The notes below the pieces were generated by a model. That model was not told the origin of the DNA, ran no database searches, and worked only from the letters and a program-made list of their open reading frames with translations. From IMG/VR virus record IMGVR_UViG_3300022555_000010, positions 1-64,000 of that record: a stretch of DNA of 64,000 bases. One strand, written 5' to 3'. Positions 60,690 to 64,000 of this stretch are shown here, piece after piece. The position numbers were made by a program, and so were the translations under genes. This DNA is from a virus. How positions within the stretch are numbered: the stretch's first letter is position 1; each line of letters opens with the position of its first letter.

Positions 60690-62933
60690 ATGAATGAGAG
60701 TGCAACATATTACGGAGAGCATCAGGCGGAAGACGCTATGGCCGTTATGGCTAAATGGATTGGCAAGAACAATCAGGTTCAGGTCATCTATCATAGTGGG
60801 ACAGCGGTTGATGCAGACATTTTCAAGGGGATCATTCGTATCCCCCGTTTGGCTTGTGCTTCTGGAATGACTCAGGAAGCATTGATGTTGCTTCGTTCTC
60901 GTGTCTATCATGAGGCGGGGCACATTGATGAAACCAAATTAGCCAAGACGGCTTATCCTCAAGGTGCCTTACACGAAATCTGGAATGCTCTGGAAGATCG
61001 TCGGATGGAAGCGGTTGAGGCCAATAATCATAAAGGATGTGAAGTTGTTTTCCGTTGGAGTAATCAGTATTACAATCGCAAGATTGCTGAGAAGATGTCT
61101 GATGGGAAGACGGATGCTCCTCTTTGGGAAGCATTGTGTGCGATGTCTTTTCTTGTAGAGGGTGTGCAGCCGGCATGGATTCTCGGGCCGAAGGCTCAGG
61201 ACTATGTTGATGTTGCTTACCCTGAATTCTGCAAGGTAAAGACCTGTGATGATGCCAGTGGTGCGTTGGATTTGGCCAAGGTCATTTACAAATTGCTCAA
61301 GGATGTCAATGATGAGTGGAAGAAGTCTGAGCCTCCGAAAGAACCTAAACAGGGCAAGAAATCTGAGAAGGGTGAAAAGGGTGAGAAGTCTCAGAAGGGC
61401 GAACCTGGAGACGGTGATGAACCTGGGGATTCTCAAGGTAGTGACGGGGAAAAAGACGGGGAACCATCACAGGGTGGCAGCAAAGATTTTGATGATTACG
61501 AGAATGATGAACCCGGAAAAGGTGGATCGGGAGAAGAGTCTGATGATTCCGATGATGAAAAAGAAGGTAAAGGCGGCAAGAAAAAAGGCAAACCTTCAAA
61601 AGAAAAGGGTGACGACAATGAACCAGGAAAAGACGGGAAAGCTGGGGACGATGATTCTGGAAAAGACGGTAAAGACGGTAAAGATGGGAAAGATGGGAAA
61701 GATGGGAAAGACGGGAAAGATGGGAAAGATGATTCAGGAAAGGACGGAAAAGGTTCGAAAGGATCTGATGGAGACGGCGAAGAATCAAAGGGAAAAGGTT
61801 CTGAATCAGGTGATGGAGACGCTGGCGGGGATGAAGACGACGATTCTACTGAAGCCTCAGATGAAGAAGCCGATGGAAAACCGAATGGCGATGTGAAACC
61901 CGGTGACTCTCCGTATAAACCGAAAGACGAAAAACCCACTGGTGGTAAGGGTGACGGTAAAGACAAACGGGATCTTGAAGACGAGTTCGATGGACTCACT
62001 CGGGAACAGGCCGTGAATGAAGACCTTGCTGACTTCTTCAAGAATATGTCTGATGAAGACAAGTCATATCTCTCTCGCCGGGACTTGGATATCCACACTT
62101 CTCCTGTGACTACGGATGAAGACAAGACTTCGTATCGGGATCGGTTGGCACAAGTCTCTGTGACGGTGTCTTCAATGACTCGGGCTTTGGAACAGGCATT
62201 ACGGTCACTGAGCAAGTGTCGGAAGAATCCGTATCTCCGGAACGGGAAGATTGACCACGGCCGGTTAGTGGCAATTGCCAAGGGTTTGAGTCGGGAAGTA
62301 TTTTTCCGGATAAAGGATGGGACGAAGTTGGATGTGGCTGTTGAGATTATCCTGGATGAATCAGGGTCAATGGGGAACTTCTATGAGGTTCAACTATTGG
62401 CGATGGCGATTGGGGAAGCTCTGAACTCCATCGGTGTTCCTTTTGAGATTATCGGGACGACAACAGCTTACGGTGGTGGGGATCGTCGGATGGTTCCGAT
62501 GAACGGGTTTACTCGGGTGAATCCTATCTATTACAAGCACTATAAGAACTTCAATGAGCAGTGGGTTAGTGTTCGTCAACGGATGGTCCATACCAAGGCC
62601 CTTCATCACAATGTTGACGGCGAAGTGGTGGAGTATGCCGCGTTCCGTCTGAAACAACGGATTGAACGTCGGAAGGTGATCTTCTCATTGTCTGATGGAG
62701 AGCCTTGTGCGGGTCACGGGAATGATGTTGCGATGTGTGTCAATTTGAAGACGGTTTGCAAACGGATTCGGAAACAGGGAGTCGAAGTTTACGGGTTTGG
62801 AGTTCAGACTGATGCTCCCAAAAATTTTTACGGGGCGAACTGGTTCGTGAGATTGGAGAAGGCCGGGGAGATGGGTTCTCAATTCACTCGTGAGTTTGTA
62901 AAGATTGTAACCGAAGGAAAAGTGAAGGTTTAA
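60690..62933 (+). CDS. CobT-like protein: HExxH N-domain, G/D/K/E-rich linker, C-terminal VWA
   Basis: HEAGH..NALEDRRME; GKIDHGRL; MIDAS DESGSM; LSDGEP. Confidence 0.85.
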   Translation: MNESATYYGEHQAEDAMAVMAKWIGKNNQVQVIYHSGTAVDADIFKGIIRIPRLACASGMTQEALMLLRSRVYHEAGHIDETKLAKTAYPQGALHEIWNALEDRRMEAVEANNHKGCEVVFRWSNQYYNRKIAEKMSDGKTDAPLWEALCAMSFLVEGVQPAWILGPKAQDYVDVAYPEFCKVKTCDDASGALDLAKVIYKLLKDVNDEWKKSEPPKEPKQGKKSEKGEKGEKSQKGEPGDGDEPGDSQGSDGEKDGEPSQGGSKDFDDYENDEPGKGGSGEESDDSDDEKEGKGGKKKGKPSKEKGDDNEPGKDGKAGDDDSGKDGKDGKDGKDGKDGKDGKDGKDDSGKDGKGSKGSDGDGEESKGKGSESGDGDAGGDEDDDSTEASDEEADGKPNGDVKPGDSPYKPKDEKPTGGKGDGKDKRDLEDEFDGLTREQAVNEDLADFFKNMSDEDKSYLSRRDLDIHTSPVTTDEDKTSYRDRLAQVSVTVSSMTRALEQALRSLSKCRKNPYLRNGKIDHGRLVAIAKGLSREVFFRIKDGTKLDVAVEIILDESGSMGNFYEVQLLAMAIGEALNSIGVPFEIIGTTTAYGGGDRRMVPMNGFTRVNPIYYKHYKNFNEQWVSVRQRMVHTKALHHNVDGEVVEYAAFRLKQRIERRKVIFSLSDGEPCAGHGNDVAMCVNLKTVCKRIRKQGVEVYGFGVQTDAPKNFYGANWFVRLEKAGEMGSQFTREFVKIVTEGKVKV
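61659..61730 (+). repeat. 9-bp coding repeat (GKD)x8
   Basis: GGnAAAGAy x8. Confidence 0.9.
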
Positions 62934-62934
62934 G

Positions 62935-63873
62935 ATGGCGAATTTAAACATAGTGGGACACTGTTTCAAGCCTGGGACAAACAGTAACAAGATTTATATG
63001 TGCTGTATTCGACAGACGGGTCAGACGTGGACCGTGTTGGCGAAGTGGGGTCGTCGTGGTAAAAACTTGAGCAATCAGTCTAAGGGAGATTTCACGACTT
63101 TGACGGCAGCGGAACAAGTTCAGCAGGGACTATGGAATCAGAAAGCCAAAGAAGGATATCTGAACATTGAGACGGCGGAGTATGTTGCTCATATGAAAGC
63201 CGAAGTTGTTCAGCCTTTGATGATGGCAAGTCCTGGAATTTTCGAGAACTTGGAGGGTAATAAAACTGCTACTGGAACTGCTCCTCAACCACAGACTGCC
63301 CCGTTTATCCCGGTGATTGAATGGGAGTGCGATGCTTGTGGGAAGAAATTCAAGCCTCGGATGAATGGACAATTCCCGGAAGTCGGACAGGGGACGATTT
63401 GTCCGTCATGTATTCAAAAGGCAAAGACCTTGGCTGCGAGGCGTAAAGCCCAGGGAGAAGATGAAGTCCTGGTATGTGCGGACAATGCCGGTCTGGAAGA
63501 TCGGTTTGATCTCGGGATTGAATACATCGTGGAGGAACACAAGGACAAGGCGATGATTTATGTCTACGACAAGATGGGTCGGAAGGATGAGTATTTCCGG
63601 ATTCGGTTCACGACGCTGGAACAGTGGAACCGGAAAAACGGTATCCTGAACATCACAGCCGTCAAGAATCGTGAGCCAGTTGTGAAGAAGGAAGTTGATA
63701 TAACATTGTTTGACCCTGGGATGCCTGACTCTGAAGACATTAAGATGAAGGATTCAGACGGGAAAGAGATCAGTGTTATGGAGGCCATCACTGGGAAGAA
63801 ACCAAGTCGGACGGTAAAGACGGGATTCGTGCCGGCCAAAATCTCGTCAATGCCTGTGAAGGGGAAAGTATAA
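62935..63873 (+). CDS. WGR-domain protein with zinc ribbon
   Basis: SNKIY...WTVLAKWGRRG...KAKEGY; CDAC..CPSC. Confidence 0.75.
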   Translation: MANLNIVGHCFKPGTNSNKIYMCCIRQTGQTWTVLAKWGRRGKNLSNQSKGDFTTLTAAEQVQQGLWNQKAKEGYLNIETAEYVAHMKAEVVQPLMMASPGIFENLEGNKTATGTAPQPQTAPFIPVIEWECDACGKKFKPRMNGQFPEVGQGTICPSCIQKAKTLAARRKAQGEDEVLVCADNAGLEDRFDLGIEYIVEEHKDKAMIYVYDKMGRKDEYFRIRFTTLEQWNRKNGILNITAVKNREPVVKKEVDITLFDPGMPDSEDIKMKDSDGKEISVMEAITGKKPSRTVKTGFVPAKISSMPVKGKV

Positions 63874-64000
63874 TGAGCAAGATACCTGAAATGATTGAAG
63901 TGGTGAGGTTCGTTTGTTCGGCTTGTGGCAAGAAGTCTAATTCGGTAGCCAAGAACAATAAAATGAAGTGCGGAAATTGTCAGGAGCCGTATGAACGGAA
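63873..64000 (+). CDS. zinc-ribbon protein, 3'-truncated
   Basis: MSKIPEMIEVVRFVCSACG...CGNC. Confidence 0.55.
   Translation, partial: MSKIPEMIEVVRFVCSACGKKSNSVAKNNKMKCGNCQEPYER

Noticed and set aside
61496-62281. 261-aa minus-strand ORF
   Set aside because: Antisense shadow of the low-complexity VWA linker.
1-64000. Stop-codon reassignment as the cause of the short ORFs
   Set aside because: Long genes are intact in the standard code, and consecutive small ORFs change frame with coupled starts.
1-64000. tRNA or rRNA genes
   Set aside because: None recognised by eye; tRNAscan-SE and Infernal were not run.

Overview
The window looks like part of a large (jumbo-type) bacteriophage genome. 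About 200 tightly packed, mostly small genes all lie on the + strand, many with overlapping stop/start codons. I saw no rRNA, tRNA, CRISPR array or virion structural module. Recognisable genes: HD (RelA/SpoT-like) hydrolase, RtcB RNA ligase, homing/HNH endonucleases, a lysozyme-like protein, two glycosyltransferases, a serpin-fold protein, a clamp-loader-like AAA+, a papain-like protease, an RmlC-like cupin, a TauE/SafE transporter, NADAR, an AAA+ ATPase, a CobT-like VWA protein and a WGR protein. The main feature is an ~18 kb array (36.9-55.2 kb) of about 69 highly diverged microproteins (hand count), most of them Cys-rich. They share one tag, (C)[WFY]xPxG[TCSA][ILF]xVxxExD, whose last codons usually supply the RBS and ATG of the next gene. 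The array straddles a non-coding locus (39.8-40.3 kb) with five 21-22 bp tandem repeats and a sharp C-to-G skew switch (candidate origin or genome end). Its 40-gene core is bracketed by a bipartite direct repeat with conserved spacing. Outside the array, nine copies of TTCCGTAT-N15-GCAATGT define a likely phage promoter, mostly for leaderless mRNAs. All family assignments come from motif recognition by eye; no database searches were run.
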